NCBI GenBank assembly: GCA_043228905.1
Contig: JBHGNT010000011.1
Location: 13,206,001-13,270,000 of the forward strand
Reading direction: 5' to 3'
Length of the DNA: 64,000 nt
Origin: Azolla caroliniana
Taxonomy: Eukaryota > Plantae > Polypodiophyta
In this document: positions 61,101 to 64,000 of the stretch, piece by piece
Position numbering within the stretch: the first letter of the stretch is position 1
How the letters are laid out: each line of letters begins with the position of its first letter
Position numbers and translations under genes: made by a program
The notes under the pieces: generated by a model
What the model was told of the DNA's origin: nothing
What the model saw: the letters and a program-made list of their open reading frames with translations, nothing else
Databases searched by the model: none

Positions 61101-61739
61101 GTTACAACCGACAAGGCGGCGACGGAACCGACACAGGGACCCAACTCACGCACACTGACGACAGTCACACGACTCGAAGGAAACAAGAGGGGAAAGGGAG
61201 CGACTCTGCTGGAAGCACACGGGTTGTCCCCGAAGCAGAGTCAGCGACCTCCCGACACCCGCAGAGAGCGATGATTCCAGTAGAGAGAGCTCGGCCTTCG
61301 TTCCGCAGCTGCCCTCCTCCCCTCCTCGCGCGCGATACCCATTTTTCTCTTCTCTTCTTCCTTTTATTCCTTGTCCCCTCCCTGGGATACGCACAATCCC
61401 CTCTAATAAATGTGCGTGGGATAGTAGTCACATCCATCGGTTCGTGTACAAAGTATACAGTCACGCATCCATCCGTGTAGGGGCTGGTTCGCGCACTTTC
61501 TCTCCGATTCCGCCTATGGCCGGTTTTCTTCACGACAACGTGAATGATAATAGTAGTAGTTTTGCCTGTCAATAATTGTTTTAGACCTTATAATAACATA
61601 TATGATGTATAGTCCTAATAATTATATTATTAGTTATTACAAGATATTTAGAATATTCTAGAACATTCTAGCATACTCCATAAGGACCTATAAATAGGTG
61701 TCTATTCATTCATTACAACTCATTCAGTTCAATACCAAG

Positions 61740-63087
61740 CGGGATGTAAGTGAGATGAAAAATGTATGTACAACAAAGTCATGGGCCGATGTATGTGGTG
61801 GGGATGTGCTATCAAACTCATCTAATATGCATGTGATGCATCAAGAGAAGAATATGGAAAGCATAGATGTCCGAGAATTGAAAGAACGTGAACAAAGATC
61901 AAAGAACATTGTCGTCCGTGGGATTAAAGAAGAGAGTATGGAAACACCCGCATCCCTTGGAAAGGCCATTGGTGAATTTTTTAGCATGCATTATGGGATG
62001 TCATATGTGAATGTATATGGGGCACACCAAGTTGGGAAACATGGTGTTACTCGCTCCGGAGAAAGGCCTATTGTATGCACAATGACAGATGATACAAAGC
62101 GGCGGATCATACTCGAAAATAGTTGGGTATACCTCAAAGGTACACAATGCTTTGAGAGTGAAGATCGTACTATCTCACAACAAAATGCTCGTCGTAAAGC
62201 ATATGAAGAAAGGTTGAAAAACAAGGTTAAGGATGTGCCTAAAGATGGAAATGTAGCCAAATAGGGACACGTGATCTATGAGACTAACCCACGCCTTTTA
62301 CGACTATGCTTTTGAAATTGCAATGGATACCCATGGAATGCGGGATTTGGCATAGAGGAGTTCACCGATGACTCGGATATCACACTTCTTGTTGAAACAT
62401 GGGAGCATGATACTCAAAGGATTCAAGGTTTAGGAAACTATAATGTACACTCTTTGATATGGAAGAAAAATCCAAGACAAAGAAGAGGACAAGGAGGGGT
62501 GGCATGTTTGATTAAGAAGGAAATAGAGAAATATGTGTCAATCATAAAAAATGATGAAAATAAATGCTACATATGGCTCAAAATAGAAACACCTAATGAT
62601 TTGCCCACTTTTGTAGTTGGATGTTACATTCCTCATCAAGATTCTAACTTTTATGCTTGTTTGGATAAAGATCAACCGTTTGCCAACTTAGAAGATGATA
62701 TTGCTTATTTCAAATCTAAAGGGGAAGTTATTGTCTTTGGTGACATGAATGCTCATACAAGAAGTTTCCAACTTGATTCACAAGAATCTTTCATGCCACA
62801 TATCTCAAGGATGCAAGAGGATATGCAAATGTATAACCACTCTTCTAACGATGAAAAAGATCCGGACCAATTTGGGAAGTTACTCCTACAAATGTGCAAT
62901 AGTACCGGATTGCTTATTGCAAACGGTATTTCCTTATGGCCCAACACTAATGGTTTCACATGTAGAAAACACAACGGAAATAGTGTGATTGACTATGTGC
63001 TACTTTCTGAAGGTATTTTGGATCGTATACATAAATTCTCACTTGGTGAATGGACACCGAAATCCAATCATAGGCCTTTATGTATTG
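61740..63087 (+). mobile_element. Non-LTR retrotransposon fragment: ORF1 C-terminus and ORF2 apurinic endonuclease, not L1-like
   Basis: ORF1 EREQRSKNIVVRGIKE...RPIV...ESEDRT; ORF2 LVETW, GGVACLIK, CYIPH, GDMNAHT, IDYVLLS, SNHRPL; one stop near the ORF2 start. Confidence 0.85.
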
Positions 63088-64000
63088 TGTTGGCTGGTCA
63101 GAAGAAGGCAAATGGGAAAGCAAAGATGAACCGGAGTCGAAGCGGATAAATAGATAAATAGAATTATTAGGAGGGACGGATCCGGTAGTTATAACCGATC
63201 CGGATCCGAACCGATTCGGTTTCGGTTAATGGTTGCCTAAGAGCACCGATTGTAATCTGGCCGGATGCCTATAAAAGGATCCGATGTTTTGTAATGAAGT
63301 GACGAAGAATTAATATAGTTTTGCTTATGCTTATTGATCTGGTCTTCGTCTGTGCTTAAATGTAATTATCATACGCGTGTATTAACATCCTATCCCTACC
63401 ACCCCTTTGGAGAAGTGTCGGATAGACACCTGTGTTGCGGCTAGTCCAGCCAGACATACAACACTATTTTGGCGACCACGATTCCTGCAGAGTGCAGAGG
63501 ACAACCGGGGGATGGATGTCTAGACAAAACAACGACCACATCACCGAAAGAGGGAGACGCCACGCCGAACGACAGCGACGACGGGAAGCCCTGCAGCAAG
63601 CCGTCGACGAGATCCGGCGCGATCGGTCATTCTCCAAAACGCTTCGGCAAATCGCAGAAGAAGCACTGCAGTTCCAGGTTCTACAAGCTTCCGACGAAGG
63701 CAGTAGCATAACCAGCCTCCAAGAAGCGGAGACACTACTACAGACTCTCGCCGGCGGCGACGGGGACGCAGCGGCATTTGCAACATTAGAGGCGGATTCG
63801 GATAGCGGGGAAAGCGTGGGATCCCGTTATAAAAGCAGCCACGAGAACAACCCCTTTGAGTCGGATTACTCAGCAACATCGGAGCCAGAGGAAGAAATAA
63901 CTCTGGAGTTCGGTGACCGGCAATCGCCGAGGAGGGAGGAGCGGATACCAACACCACCCGCGGAGGAACCGCAGGAGCGGATACCAACACCACCCGCGGA
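63088..64000 (+). mobile_element. 5' LTR (63088-~63463), PBS and start of a gypsy-like element interrupting the LINE
   Basis: TGTTG...CAACA; TATAAAA at ~63270; TGGCGACCAC at 63470 (tRNA-Arg-type PBS); short repeat at 63938-64000. Confidence 0.7.

Larger units (their letters stand above)
28389..61537 (-). mobile_element. Ty3/gypsy element D (degenerate host of the nest)
   Basis: 5' LTR 60930-61537; 3' LTR split into 28389-28404 and ~35144-35677; TSD ACGT; Trp PBS 60909-60925; coding pieces 60884-59002, 51696-50931, 39448-38852 and 38127-35747 rejoin across the TSDs. Confidence 0.92.

Overview
A 64-kb stretch of eukaryotic DNA, most likely from a non-seed land plant (inference), made almost entirely of nested retrotransposons. 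No host gene is recognisable. Left half: degenerate Ty1/copia elements, L1-type LINE fragments, two solo LTRs and one intact, very young Tnt1/Tork-like copia (19656-25049). From 28389 to 61537 lies a 33-kb nest of one unusual Ty3/gypsy lineage, all coding copies on the minus strand. A host element (D) carries element A, a solo LTR, a 4-LTR composite (E: autonomous E1 plus Gag-PR-only E2) and the intact element B. Elements A, B, D and E have a tRNA-Trp PBS, an FLDD RT motif where pol is present, and no chromodomain. All five insertion sites are centred on CpG (TSDs ACGT, ACGT, CCGG, GCGT; target ACGC seen on one side only). A conserved -1 frameshift signal (G GAU UUU UAG plus covarying stem/pseudoknot) sits between protease and RT. 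Family E LTRs also carry antisense tRNA-like Pol III A/B-box modules and an RY-motif cluster. The window ends with a non-L1 LINE interrupted by another gypsy-like LTR element. All alignments and folds were done by eye.
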